A DNA stretch of 64,000 bases from Lama glama (GCA_028534125.1 CM052818.1:30878001-30942000); one strand, 5' to 3'. Positions 1 to 12,900 are shown, numbered from the stretch's first letter. Notes: generated from the letters alone by a model not told the origin. Translations and numbers: made by a program.

Positions 1-1289
1 GGGGACCCCTGGATAGGCTGAAAGAGACTTACAGGGCCGGGCCCTGCGTGGAGACTCACCTGGCTTCCAGATGTTTGAAGTCCCGTCTGAAATCATTTTC
101 AGTCCTTATGACACTGGCTCAACAACCCAGATTAATACGCCTATTGGCTGGATGAGGTAATGACCTTCGGTGAAACCAGACTCCTTTGACAGTTTTCGTT
201 GGCCCAGGGAATCTTCTCCACTTGAGAAAATAATGATTCAAGAAGCAAGCTCCTTGAAAGGCAAGCCCTGCTCTCCTAGGCATTGCAGGCCCTGCATAGG
301 GCTGCCATGGGAGACCCAGGACCTTGGTTTCCCCAGATGCCAAACAGCACAAAGCACCTTACACCCTCAGCAGCAGGCAGTGTGGGGTTGCACCATCTCT
401 AAAGCTTGGCGGTGGTGTTGTGTAACCGTCTGCCATCTGTTACTCAGAAGCAGCATCACAAAGCACTGAGCAGTGGACTACGGTGCTGCAGCTCCTGCCT
501 GGAGCTGACGGCATCTCAGCGGCTTGCCTGGGGGTCCCCTGCAGTCTGCCGCAGAATATTTTGCAGGCCTCAGCCTGCAGGTCTGGGGTGAGGCTCCTGG
601 AAGGGATCCAGGAAGCTCAAGATGCTGCAGGGAGGGGTTCTCTTGCTGCTGTTCCACCCCCATCCCTCCCATGACTGTGATCTACCTGGACCTTTGCCCA
701 GGCAAAGTGGTGGCTGGGGAGTCTACTCCGACCTTTCAGCATAAAGAATTCTAATAAAGGCAAATCCTGGACCATCCTCAGGGTTCTGCATGAGGTCTGA
801 GAGCTCAGCGGAATCTTGAGATGGGCTGGCAAGAATGCCCAGCTTTTCTGGGCTGTTTGATTTCCATCATTGTTTCCAACCAAAAACTTCTTATCTACAG
901 CCTGGCCAGGAACTCTGTGAGGCTGTGAGAAAGGACTGCCCTCGGGCTGAAAGACAGGGTACCGAACCTTTCAGCAGATTCCCCCATTTCTGCTCCACTT
1001 TTTGTCTGCTCCATCTTACTGGAAAGTGAATTCTAGAGCCCTGCTTTACACCTGCCATACCTCCCTCTGGGATGAGGGCTTCCCCTATGCTAAGCTCTTT
1101 GAGGGAGGCAGGGGAGTGATGTCTTCAGTAGTAGAAGCATCACTTTCACCTCTGCAAACAACTTGATGAGATAAGCGTCCCTCCAGCTCAGGCTACACAC
1201 ATAAGATAGCACTGTTCCCCAGGGAGAGCGAGGTTTTATCTTCCCCTTTTTGAGGGATCAGATGATCAGGTAACACCAGCACCTTGCGT

Positions 1290-1430
1290 TTAGTTTTCAC
1301 AACTCTTCATTCACTTAGAGGAGGTAGTATCATCCCCATTTTACAGATGAGGAATCTAAGGCTCAAGGAAAGTACTTGCCCAAGATTCCCACTGCTATTG
1401 TGGCTGACCCAGGCCAAGAACCCCTAATCC
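1290..1430 (-). mobile_element. MIR SINE fragment
   Basis: Core motif CCCCATTTTACAGATGAGGAA...ACTTGCCCAAGAT. Confidence 0.8.
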
Positions 1431-1859
1431 AGTGATAGCACATTTATTCCAGCCTAGCTGAGGCCTACATGGGAATCCCGTTCAGACTTTGCTCTGCCCC
1501 TCGACCTGAGTGGTTTTAATTTGCAAGAGGAAGGAGGACGCATTTCCAAAAGGCATTTGGGGAAGGGAGCTTTTGAAAGCCCTCTGTACCCAGTTCCCTC
1601 CTGCCCAAAATCACTTTCCAAGAACCCCATGTGGTCGACCCAACTTTGGACCCCCCCTTTCCTGGCACAGAGTTCTGATCCTTATAGGGAGACAGACTCT
1701 TAAGGGAGATAATTGCACCTTAATTTTTTCAAAGGATTACGTTAAAGTTAAATTTAGACCAACTCAGCGTTCCATTAAGCAGAAAAGTTGCCAGGCACCT
1801 GCAGGCAGGCAGAGAGAAACACTCTGGGGAGTTGGCCGAACTCAGCCTTGGCCCTGAAG

Positions 1860-3390
1860 GGCCACGAAGGTGACTCGAGGGTGGGGTAGCTGCCCCGCCA
1901 GCGTCCCGAGGTCCCAGCGCCGGCTCCGGTACGGAAGGTGCTCTGAGGGCGGGAGCACGCTGTGAACGCCACGTGCAGCCCCCGGCGGAGAGCGGGAAAC
2001 TCCTCCCAGGCACAGCTCCGCCTGGCGCCGGCTGGCCCTCAGGCCCTAGTGTGCAGCTGGGGGAGGCGGGCTTCGCGGACGCACCGTTCCCGCCCCGCTC
2101 CATCCCAGGATAGTCCCGGAGCTGCGCCCAGGGTTCGGCGCCTGCGGCCCCCAAACAGCGCCCGGCGCCTCGGTGGGCTGACGGCGGTAGCTCCCCCTCT
2201 CAGAGCCCCGCTCGCTCCCGCCGGGGCGCCCTGGGAGTCCGCCTGTGGGTCGATCCTCCCTCCCCTTCTCTGCTTCCCTTCCCTCCTCCCTTGTGCTCCT
2301 CCCGGGGTGCCGGGCACAGCCTCACATTCCTCCCTCCCCGCAGCTCGAGTCAGTTTCCCTCGCGCGGCGGCAGAGGTGGCGGCGGCGGCGCAGAGAACAC
2401 CTCAGCGGCCACCGAGCTTCTCCGGCTGGAGCGGGCGTCCAGCTTGGCTGCCCCTCGGCCCTTCCCTGCCGCTCCTCTGGGCACCTTGCGCCTCAACCCC
2501 CCTCCCCCGCCCCGCACTCGCTTCCCTCACAAGCGGGCGGGGCGCCTGGCAAAATCCTGTCAGCATTCCACCCGGATCCCGGGGCGAGCGTTCCCAGCAG
2601 CCAGACACTCTCCGGGACTCCTGCCCCTCCGACCCTGACCGCCAGGGGGTGCCCTAGGGGGCGTAGCGTCGGCGAGAGGAGAAGGCGAGGGGGACCATGC
2701 GGCGCCTGAGTCGCCGCCTGGTGCTGCCTATCTTCGGGGTGCTCTGGATCACCGTGCTGCTGTTCTTCTGGGTAACCAAGAAGAAGTTGGAGGTGCCGAC
2801 GGGACTTGAAGTGCAGACCCCCAAGGTATTGGGTTTGGCGGCGCGCCGGGCGCGGGGCAGTGGTTGGCGGGAGGGCGCGCAGCTCTCGAGCCGGGTTTGC
2901 GGGCTCTCGGGAAGCCAGGGCCGGGGTCTGGGTGCTGTGAGCAGGTAACCGGGCGCCGGATGCGGCTACAGTGTGACATTTCTGGATTTAAAAAAGCTCA
3001 GGGGCATCCCCGGCCCCGCGCTGTGTGTAAGTGAGAGTGGGTGTAGGCGGTGGGCGCGCGCTGGTGGGCAGAGCGGGGCTCTCAACTTGGGCAGCGCGCC
3101 GGGGCCCTGGGGCGGCGGGGGACCCTGCTGTCGAGCCGCCCAGGGGGTGGCGGTCCGTGGACGCCGCGAGAGAGTCGCCGGTGGTGGGCCGGGTGGCAGG
3201 GCCGGCCGGTGCTGGCGTCCGCCAGAAGTCTGGCGGCTGCACTGACCTCCTTCCTTCCCTCAGCTGCCAGGCCCGATCAGGGGAGGCTGGAGGCCGGGGG
3301 TGTGCCGCGCGCGCGTGTGCGGCGCGGGCGAGCGCCCTGCAGCCTCCCGGGCGGCTGCTGCTCGGGCCCACCCGGCCTGCCGCCACCCCT
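1860..3390. promoter_or_regulatory. GALNT14: CpG island spanning the GALNT14 promoter, 5'UTR, exon 1 and start of intron 1
   Basis: Abrupt rise in GC and CpG density against CpG-depleted flanks; GC-box-like GGGCGGGG near 2535; short (GGC)n run near 2378-2389; surrounds the ATG at 2697. Confidence 0.92.
2697..2825 (+). CDS. GALNT14: GALNT14 coding exon 1: cytoplasmic tail, type II signal-anchor helix and start of stem (43 codons, phase 0)
   Basis: Translates to [43 protein letters not shown], nearly identical to the human GALNT14 N-terminus as I recall it. Kozak ACCATG; donor AAG|GTATTG at 2825/2826. Confidence 0.96.
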
Positions 3391-4064
3391 GCTTTATAAT
3401 AGTCCTCTATCCCTTCAGCTGCATTGGAAGTTGAATTGACTGTGCCCTGAACATCACTAAAGAGCCTGTAAAACAGACGCCTTGGTATTGGTGGGGAGTT
3501 GGGGAAATGAGAATCCAAGTGGCTTTTCCAACTCCAGCCCAGTCGGTTCATCGGAGCGGAGCCACAAGGCTCTCCCTGCAGGCTCTATCTCACCTTTAAT
3601 GCAGACCCCTCATTCCTCAGCCTACTCTTCCACAGACCTGGCGGTGGGACACTGAAGGAGGCCTTCGGCCATTTCCTGACTGACCAGACAACATTAATGA
3701 ACTGGGTCCAGAGCGGTCCCCCAGCGTCTGAGAAAAAGTCCTTGGAGAAGCTTAGGGCCCCAAGCGGGAGACTGAAAAAAAAAATGGGGGATGGGGGAGA
3801 GAGGGGAAGCTCCCAGTAAGTACAGTGCGGAGGACCTACTAGATGCCAGGTACATAGTGGGTGCTTCTTTGTAAGTAGTTATGTGAGTTGGGTGGTATTC
3901 TTCTTATTACACAGATTAGGAAACAGATTCAGTCTTTAAGTACCTTGTCTCATTTGAACTCAGACCTCTGATATGCAGTATCTCTCCACTGTATCACTTT
4001 GCCTCTGAGATCTCCTTTTAACTAAAACCTTTGGGCGCTTATGTTTTGGAATCTTGCCAATGCT

Positions 4065-4545
4065 CAATTGAATTCCACAAACATTTATTGATGATCTGCG
4101 GTGTGCCAGGCAGTATGCTAGGTGCTATGTGTACAGAGAAGCAGAACTTTTTCTCTGGGGGTGGGGGATTTGCTTAGGAATGGACCAGGATGGTACAGTG
4201 TGCTGAGGGCTAAGATGATTCCATGCACTGGACATCATGGGAACCTCGGGTCTTCCTGGAGGAGGAGGCGGACATAACAGAACTGAGTTGAGAAGGGTGA
4301 ACAGTAGGTTTGGCCAGTAGGTAGGGAGGGCATTCCAGGTAGAGGTTAACTGCACCAAACAGGCTGAGAGGAATGACACAGCACGCTGTGCGAGTTTGGC
4401 ATAATTTGAGCGTCAAAGCACGTGGCCAATGGCACGGATGAGGCTGGGGAGATGTATAAGGGTAGGGCTGTGTGCGTACCAGGGGGGCCTTGGAGGTGAA
4501 CTGAGCAGGGGAGTGACGAGGTCAGACTGATGACTTCAAACAGCC
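4065..4545 (-). mobile_element. L2 LINE 3' fragment
   Basis: ACAAACATTTATTG...GTGTGCCAGGCAGTATGCTAGGTGCT, followed by purine-rich L2-like body. Confidence 0.65.
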
Positions 4546-5434
4546 TTTATCACACTGGATCAATTTTCTCACTCACCTCAGACCTGTCCATAGATCTGGA
4601 GAGCTTTTCTTCTTTTTCCCTGGGTGCTTCTGCTCCTTGTGATGCATTTAATGATGCCTACAGGGACATGAACTCTGTTTTGCACTGAACCTCATTACCT
4701 TAAGCTTACTTATTCCTAGTTTACACTAGGGAGCTGAGACAAGAGATCTGTCTCCTTCTTTGTGCACTTTGTCCTTCTGCCTCACTTGTCTCTTCTCATC
4801 CCAGCGGGCACTGAACACACATTTATCGAATGCAGCCATAGGCCAGGCTCTGTTAGGTTTGGGGCTTGCAGTGATAATAAGTACACTGTGTCCCTGAATT
4901 TGGGGGGCTCTCCCAAGTTCCTGGTTGAGGCAGAATTACAAACGAATGAGTAGTAGGATGGGATGGGGGCAGTGGTGTAATGTCAGGAGTCCGGACCTAG
5001 TGCTGTAGTTTTGACCACGTGTTCTTTGTCTTAACATCTTCCTTTCCCCCCATTTTCTGTGTTCTTCATAACCAGGAATTCTTTAGATTTAAAAAGTCTT
5101 GATACTTATTATTAGGCACATGTCTTCTTTGTTATATATTTCTTCTTCCTGTTCAGTGACTTTGTGTGTTTACATATATGTGTTGCATGTCTGACTGTTT
5201 TATGTTTTATGACCTTGTGTGTCTACATATATGTGTTATGTGTATTCATGGATGTGTTTTGTGTCTGATGGATGAGAACCCCTCTGTATCTTACTGTATA
5301 TGTGTTTGAGGAGAGGGGTGGAGAGACAAAATGAGATCCTTCTTAGCACAGAACAGTTTTATTCCAGGTACCAGGTGCAGGAAAGGCAAAATTCTACAAA
5401 TGATGGAAATTTGCAGGTCACGTCCCAAGGAGTG

Positions 5435-5595
5435 CAGTTGGTTCCCAAACCTGACTGCAGGTCAGAATCACCTGGAGAGCTTGTTTAATATACACATTTT
5501 TGTGTTTAGTTGCAGAGATTATGATCCTGTGGGTTTGGTAGAAGTTCCTAGAATCAGTATTTTTACAAGGGCTTCATGTGAGTCTGAAGCAGCTT
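5435..5595. mobile_element. MER5-like hAT-Charlie DNA transposon
   Basis: CAGTTGGTTCCCAAACC...AGAATCACCTGGAGAGCTTGTTTAA...AATCAGTATTTTTACAAG. Confidence 0.7.
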
Positions 5596-5754
5596 GTTGA
5601 TGGATGGTATTTGGGAGCTGGGTGAAGAATATCAAGTCTTTTGATTTTTTTTTTGGTAGTTTGGTTGGCCCCATGTACGTGTGGCCGAATGATTTCATTC
5701 TTCTTGAGCTTCTGGTAGATCACGCTTGTGTGACTGTGTGCATTCATGTGAAAT

Positions 5755-5960
5755 AACAATAGCTAGCATTTGTCTAGTGCTTTACAAATTCACCATCTCC
5801 ATTTCACATGTATTAGCTCATTTAGTCTCCACAACAACCACAGACAATAGGCTGATCATACTTTTATGCAGATGAGCTTGAGTAATGAGGTTAAACAATT
5901 GGCCCAAGATAACAAGGCTATTATTAAGTGGCAGCGTCAGGACAAGAATGGAATGGGCTC
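5755..5960 (-). mobile_element. MIR SINE
   Basis: AATAGCTAGCATTTG...CTCATTTAGTCTCCACAACAACC...GCAGATGAG...GGTTAAACAATTGGCCCAAGAT. Confidence 0.8.
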
Positions 5961-8900
5961 ATTCTGGGAACTGCCCATGTAAGTGCTCCTTCCATGCCAC
6001 CGAACCTGGGTCTGCACTAGTGGCTGATGGGCTGAGTTTGGGGTATTGACAGCTGACGATACCCATCTACTTTCCAAGCACTTCCATGGCTCATCCCTAG
6101 GTGCTGGCCTTTGGAGAGCTCTAGGGAGGTGGGTGTCATTTGAGAGGGGAACCTATCTCAGAGGGAAATCCTGCTCTGCCCTTGGAGGAGGCCAGATGGG
6201 GCAGAGGAGGCTCCTCTGGCTGGACAGAGTGCACCCCAGTGGGGAGGGTCTGCTGGGAGGAGACAGCATCATTGAGTGGTTGCACCAAATGGTTGCAGGT
6301 GGTTGTAGCACCTTTGGTTTAGGACTCCTTTGCCAGGACAGAGATTGTTGCCTCAACAGTAGGAATTCAGCTGGGATGTTGTCTATTGTAGGGAAAGAAA
6401 AATTTGGTTTTTGAGTGAGTTCAGTATCTTAGGTTTCCCTAGGCAATGCTCATGCCTAGTTATGGGAAGAGCTCTTGCCTTGGGCATGTCAGAGCCCTGG
6501 GGAAGTTTTCATCCTGCCTGGGGCTCTTCCCAGTGTGGTAGAGGGGGTCAGCTTATTTCCCAAAGCCAGAGCAGTGGGCTCCCGTCCCTTAAAAATATTT
6601 AGAGAAATTGAAAGGGGTTGGACAGGAGAGGGCTGGGGACCTCCCAACTTGTAGATTCCATGCTGCCAGTTGTCTTTTAGTGGAGATGCTGCCAGTTCTA
6701 GTCCGGGGCTCCCAGGCTCTTATTCTCCTTTCCTCAGTGTTAGGAGACATCCTCATTCACCTGGCAATGGGATCTCCAAAGTGGGCCTGATAATAAAATA
6801 AAACTCATGGCCAGTCACAATCCAGGTGATATAGAGAAGCCAGTCTGCACTTCTGGTTTCGGAAAATTGATTGGATTTCCCCCCTTACTTTCAGGAAAGG
6901 CTGGTTCTATTAATAGCTCAAATAAAGATTTCTTTAAGTTTGACTTTTCAATGTTGAGTTGATTTTTTTTATGGGAGTTTCCCACCCCCAAATTCAGCAA
7001 ATCTCTAATTCCTTATTGAAAATCATATAACATGCTCGATGCCTTAATTTAAATTGTATTTTAGCGATAAATACAGTCCCACTAGAAAGGACTTGAAAAA
7101 TGTTTCCGTTGCTTCTCTCCTCTGTCATTTGTTTGCCATTTGGAGAATTATACAATAACTGACAGAATTAAAAAAAAAACCCAAAAAACAAACAACCTAG
7201 CAAATTTGTCTCTTATTTCCAAGAAACTAAATTTGGTCCAGGGGCTTAGGGCTTAGTAAAAACAGAAGAATTTGAGGCCTGAGGGTACTTTTGGAGGAAA
7301 GTTTTGGAAATGTAAAGGCTTTGAATAAAGTGCCTCAGGCTTATGTAAATGTATTTGTGCTGTACTAGAAATATAGCAAACACTCTTAGAAAGGAGCTTG
7401 TTTTCTGTAATATTTGCATACTTACTGCAGATGTGTTAAGTATATGACACTGGTATTTTGTTCCCCATTTACTAGATGATTTCTCCCACTAAAAAAAAAT
7501 CCATCAATTTTAGAGAGAGACCCTAATAATCTGCTGATGCTCAGTGGGTGCATTTTAGAGTCTGTCCAGGGACCTTTGACTCTGGAATGACCAGGAAGAG
7601 CCCATTATCAGATGAATGGTCATCCTTCCACTCGTTCTTGTGTGTGCTGGTGCCTGCACTGGGCGCTGGGCTGTTTTCCCATCTAAGGCAGTTCCTGGAG
7701 CAGGTGGGGAGGAAGGTGTTGCCTAATGGCCCAGATGTGTCTGCTGTGAGACCTGGGAAATATGAGAGCAGAAAGTTAGAACCTCAGGGATTCAAGAAAG
7801 GCATGCTTTTGCTTTCTAGATAGCTACAAGCTTTTTTTTTTTTTAAAACCCTGCGCTCCCCCTGAACTTCTCTCCTTCTGTTCAGTCCCAGCTAGCTGGT
7901 GGGAATTTCTCTGCCCGGGGTCATTGTGGGCCTGCCCTGTGTTGTACCTCTATTCTAGGTCCCTTTTCAGCTGGCATTCTCCCCCAGGCCCTGTCTCAGG
8001 GACCCCTGGGTCTGTTCTAAGGGAATCTCTTTGAGTCAGTCTGGGGAGCTCTCTCCCTCTCTCTCTCCCCCACTAAACCCTCGTTCCACTAAGTGACCTG
8101 GTGCTTTTGGAAACAAAGACCAGGAATCTCTGTCTCAGAATTTCCAAGAGGCACGGAATGATACCTAATCAAAACAGGAAAGACCTAAGGGTAAGGCTAG
8201 AAAGGAAAGAGAAATTAATGTCCCTGTCACAAGCTTCCCCAGCCTGTCTAGAGACTACCCTTTCCCAAGGTTGCTCATCTGTTTGAATCATTTAAAAGTT
8301 TTAATTTCCATTCATCAGAATTAACTGAACAGGGACAAAATGAGGCTGCCATTAGCTGATGCCTAAGGCCTGGGATTTCCACACAGCCAAGTTCATGTGC
8401 CATTTCATCTACCTCCTTTGCCTACATCCTTTCCCACACCTTTCCCATCCCAAATTTCCAGAACAGTCTTATGCATTATCAGGCACCCAGGAACACATTT
8501 TGAAGTTGAAGAAACATGTTTCTGTGCCCTTGTTTTGTTTTTAACATTTATGGTTCTGTCACTCTTCCAGAGCATCTCAAAGTCCCCAGTGCATTTTTTG
8601 GAAAAGAATCTGAATTAGAAAGTAAGGACAAATTCCGGGCTCCTCTCTCTGGGGGAGTCTGTGAGCCCTGCCATGACATTTGCACATTCCACCAGAGACT
8701 AGCATTATAGACCTGCCATCTGTTTGGGGAAGTGAGTCTGGATGTGCCCTGTGCCCTCTATAGCTGGCTGCTGACTATTCTCACTTGAGCGCTGTGACCC
8801 TGAGGTGGAGGGGGGGTGGTCAGCCTTCCTCCTTATATGGACCTTGAGATGCACATTTTTCACCAGAGTCCAGAGATGGAGAGCCCAGCTCCCGCCATGT

Positions 8901-11900
8901 CATCATCAAGTGTGGCTTCACTTTCCAGCTTTTCTTATACACTTGGCAGCCCGCGGGTCTCTTTCTGCCATTGGCAGTGCTGGATATAACTCTGACGGTC
9001 TCATCCAGGCTCAATCTCCTAGACTGTGAAATGGAGCCGCATATGGCAGCCCTGCCTATCTCCCCCTGGCCTTGCCAGCAGTCTGAGCCATTTGGGGTTA
9101 CTTGTGAATCACTCTGAAGTGAGACCTCATGGCTTTAAATAATTATACTACAGATACTCTGTGTCTATTACTTATCTTTTAATTATTTTACCAGAAATGC
9201 TAGATTAATCAAAAATAAATCAGTTTCCAAGTCCTTAGATGTTGTGCTGATTAAGAAAGAACCCCTTTGGGATACTAAAGAACACACACACATGCACACA
9301 TGTACACTGGTACCTTGGGGAATTCTGCAGAAGCTCCTGAAATTTGCTGGCTCTGATATTTTGGTATTTCAGAATAAATGGCCTGAGATGACCTTCTGGG
9401 GCAGCAGTCTTTGCATTTGGCAGGAGCTGCCGCCGTCACAGGACCTAATGAACACTAGGAAACTAATGGGGAGAGAGGAAGAGCTCTCTATGGTGTGAGA
9501 AACGTGTGCGCCACCCAGGGGGTCTGCTTTCCTCCTGCTTTTCTTTCAATTGCTTCCCTCCTCCCTTCATCACATCGTTCCCCCTTCTCTTATTCACATC
9601 TCCCGGAAAGGAAAGCGAGAGGGGTCCAGAGCAGAGAGGCACAAGACCCTTGGGCAGGAGCCCCAAGGAAGAAGTCTGGAGGTGCAGGAGCCCAATTCTT
9701 CCCTGCAGGCTCTGACCAAAGTCAGGAGCTGCCTGCCTCGCTCCTGCCTTGCTCTTTCCGAAGGAGGGAAGTAGCCCCTCTGGGTCACCCTGAGCCATTC
9801 TGCTTGTATGCCGTTATATCAGCATGAGTCCTCATCGCAGGAATTAAGGAGCCTCCCGGACAATGCTGATTGCAAGTACAAAGTCTCTTATGTGTAACAT
9901 TTCCCGGAGACGAGATTAAGCACTTAAAAAAAATAATTAAATTCTCCTCATGTCACTTGTCTTCTTAACTGTGAGCACTCCAGAGACCTTTCAAGGAAAT
10001 GCAGGGAGAGCAGCACACTCTCGTGTTCCTGCCACTCGATCTGAGTGCCCAGAGGAAGAGAACCACAACCCAGCTGCCTCTTTGCTAATGATCCTGTTGT
10101 TTAAACCCAATTTGCATCTCATTCCCGGCCAGGAATGTGGGGTAACATCTACAGAACGGGTAGGACCACCCCATCTTGATAAGCTCTCTCCAAAGAAGCT
10201 ATCAGTCCCCTTCCTCTGTCCTCACTAGGGTTCAGAAATTAGAAATTTTTTTTCCCCTAATGGTCCAGGCTGAGGATTTATGTAGCTTCTGCTGTTCCTC
10301 TGAGAACACTCTAATCATTAATTCCCCCCAGCCACAGAGAGACTGAGCCAATCAATATTTATGCTCCCATCTCTCGCAGCTGCAACACGCAGGCATAATG
10401 GACGCCAAACTCTGTGATGGTCATTGAGAAATTAGCTGGCGCCTGTATTTCAGGCCCATTGTTTTCTAGAATCTCAGGGAGCTCAGACCACGTGGCCCGT
10501 GGATTAATTAAGCCACCCAGATAATTGGCTGTTAATAGACAGCCAGTTGATAGCTGCCAGCTGAGGGCTGAACTGACTGTGGTCCTTATTGTGGTGGGTT
10601 GATGGTCTGTATCAGGAGAGGCACTGGCTCAAAGACCTGCCTAATTCCAGGGGAATGAAGAACAGGAACATCAGAGGTAGCTTCCTCTCTCCACCTCTTC
10701 CGGGGATGTTTTACAGCTATCAAGTGTTTTTATTCATAGGTGACTCGTTTGATCCTTCCTGCAAAGGCGTGGGGTGGGTGTGGTTATGATCCTTGTTTTC
10801 TGGAGTTCGAGGAGACTGAGGTTATAAGCGGGAGGAGACTCTGTCAAGCTCCCCCAACCAGTAAGTGGCCTGGAGCTCACGCTTCCCTCTGTAAAGCACA
10901 TGCTGTTTGCATCATGGCTGTGCTCGACTTCTGGGTAGCTTCCTTTTCCAGGGGAAATGAACTCTATTTTATATATGTACATGTTACATGTATGTTTTCA
11001 CATGGACAAAAAGCTTATGCTTTTGCTGAGAAATGACTCTGTACCTCTGATAAAACACCAGTGTTGCTTTTCTGTACGCAGATTAAGGCAACTAGAGAGC
11101 CCATCTCCGGAGGGCCACCAGGACTTGGAGTTTTCTCCCAGGACAAGTCAGGTTTAACTCACCTGCAGGTCCTCCAGGAACGTCCCATAGGTTACTGTTT
11201 TCTCCTGTGGGAAGGTGCTGGGCTGGGCGGACTCGTGGTCCTGGGAGAAGCGGAGACAGGCTTTCCCACCCCTTCAGTCCTGTAGTCAGCGCTGGCTCTG
11301 TCCTTGTACCCATGGGCCTCCCGGGCTGGTAGGGGTTTGATGGCAGGAAATGAGGCTCTGCTGTCATTCAAGAGGCTGCTCAACTCAGAAGTCAACAGGA
11401 TTGTGCAATTAAGACAGAAACCATTGATTTGAATCCCTTTCGTGATGAGTGCGGTCCTTAAACAATCAGAAGCAACTCCCCTGTAAGAGGAAAAATGTCA
11501 GAAAGAACCTAGGATGCACAGCTTATTTCAAATGCGAGGTAGGTGTATGCGGGAATGACTCCAGCCAAGTGTCTTTGGAAGGTACCCAGCCTCACCTGAG
11601 ATCCTCCCAGCTCAAAGACAGAAGGTGCCCTGCCTGTGTCATGCTCTTTAGCCTTAAAGGCCCATTGATGGCAGCAGCGGCAGCTCACTTCTGCTCTGTA
11701 GATGGACTGCTGGTTCTACCCCGTACAGGGTACAGCCTCTTGGTGGCTGCTTTGGAGGTTAGATGTGAGTAATGTACTTACTGCCTGTGTATAAGCTTAA
11801 ACTTATGACAGCATAAAATCAGGAGGTTGCTAATATCTTCTGGGTATTTGTCTGCAATTCGGGTAAGCTACCGGAGGGCTCATGGTGGTGCTTTGGTGAT

Positions 11901-12214
11901 GTAGCCTGAATGACAAAGTCAGTCTCTATTGCAGGATTCTAAGCAGAAACATGACTTTCCTTGTCCATTTCTGCAGAGCATGGCAACGTTAAAGGGGACT
12001 GTATTTTTAGAGTGTGCATGGAGTAAGAACGAAAAGAAATGGTGAATCTCGGTAACTCTGACATTTTCCCTCTCCACTCAAAGATCCTGATGATTTTCTA
12101 ATTATTTGTTCAATTCTGGATCAGATAAACTCCCTGTAATTCTCCCTGCCTCTCTTAACACTGAGATTATGGCTTCTGCTCCAGTTTTTAGCTTTTCTCT
12201 TAAAACTGCGTGTA

Positions 12215-12900
12215 TGTTTTGGAAAACATCTTAGAAGTGTCTACTAAAGCCAAATGCATGTTTATATCTATGACCCCGCAATTTCACTCCTAGCGATAAA
12301 CCCCAAAGAAAAGCCTTCCTGTTTCAGTGAATCCGTGCACTGAAATCGGAGCAGGCCAACTTTTCCTGTAAAGGGTCAGATACTAGTTATTTTTGTTTTG
12401 TTTAGGTCATACGATTTCTGTTGTAACTACTCAACTCTGCCGTTGTGGAGTGAAAGACAATATGTAAATAAATGAACATGGTTGTGTTCCAATGAAACTT
12501 TATTTGTGGACCCTGAAATTTGAATTTCGTATAGTTTTCACATCTTGTGAAATAATTATTCTTTGGCATGATTTTCAAAGATTTATAAATGCAAACCCCA
12601 TTTTTAGTTTGCAGGGTGTCCTAAGACAGGTGGCAGGTCAGATTTGGCGGGCTTGTGGAGTTCCACTTTCATAAAGTACAAGAACCAGCCAAACTAATGT
12701 ACGGTGTTTGAAATCAGTTTCATGGTGACCGTTGGTTGGTGTTAGTGACTGGAAGGAAGCAGGAGGGTATTTGGGGAACTTGTACTGTGTCAGTTTCTTG
12801 ATTGGGGTACTTGTAACTTGGGTGTGTTCACTTTGTGAAAATTCCTTTTGAATACCTGCTCTTTTCTGTTTCCACCTGAATACGACGTTTAAAAAGAAAA
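12215..12900 (+). mobile_element. Old L1 (L1M-type) ORF2 end and 3'UTR, interrupted by MER58B
   Basis: TATGACCCCGCAATTTCACTCCTAG before the MER58B; L1M 3'UTR-like sequence (GGGTGTGTTCACTTTGTGAAAATT) and an A-rich end after it. Confidence 0.65.
12348..12665 (+). mobile_element. MER58B-like hAT-Charlie DNA transposon
   Basis: AACTTTTCCTGTAAAGGGTCAGATA...TGTGTTCCAATGAAACTTTATTT...CAGGTGGCAGGTCAGATTTGGC; similar to the copies at 17161 and 42360. Confidence 0.8.

Noticed and set aside
2826..2948. Extension of the exon 1 ORF to 83 aa
   Set aside because: Read-through past the GT donor into the intron; similarity to GALNT14 ends at K43.
1729..3551. Many long overlapping ORFs on both strands (e.g. 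1962-2657, 231 aa; 2988-3551)
   Set aside because: Pro/Arg/Gly/Ala-rich products of stop-poor CpG-island DNA, several with non-ATG starts; no recognisable domain.
6872..6983. Two NF-kB-like sites
   Set aside because: One perfect and one imperfect 10-mer are expected by chance in 64 kb; no supporting context.
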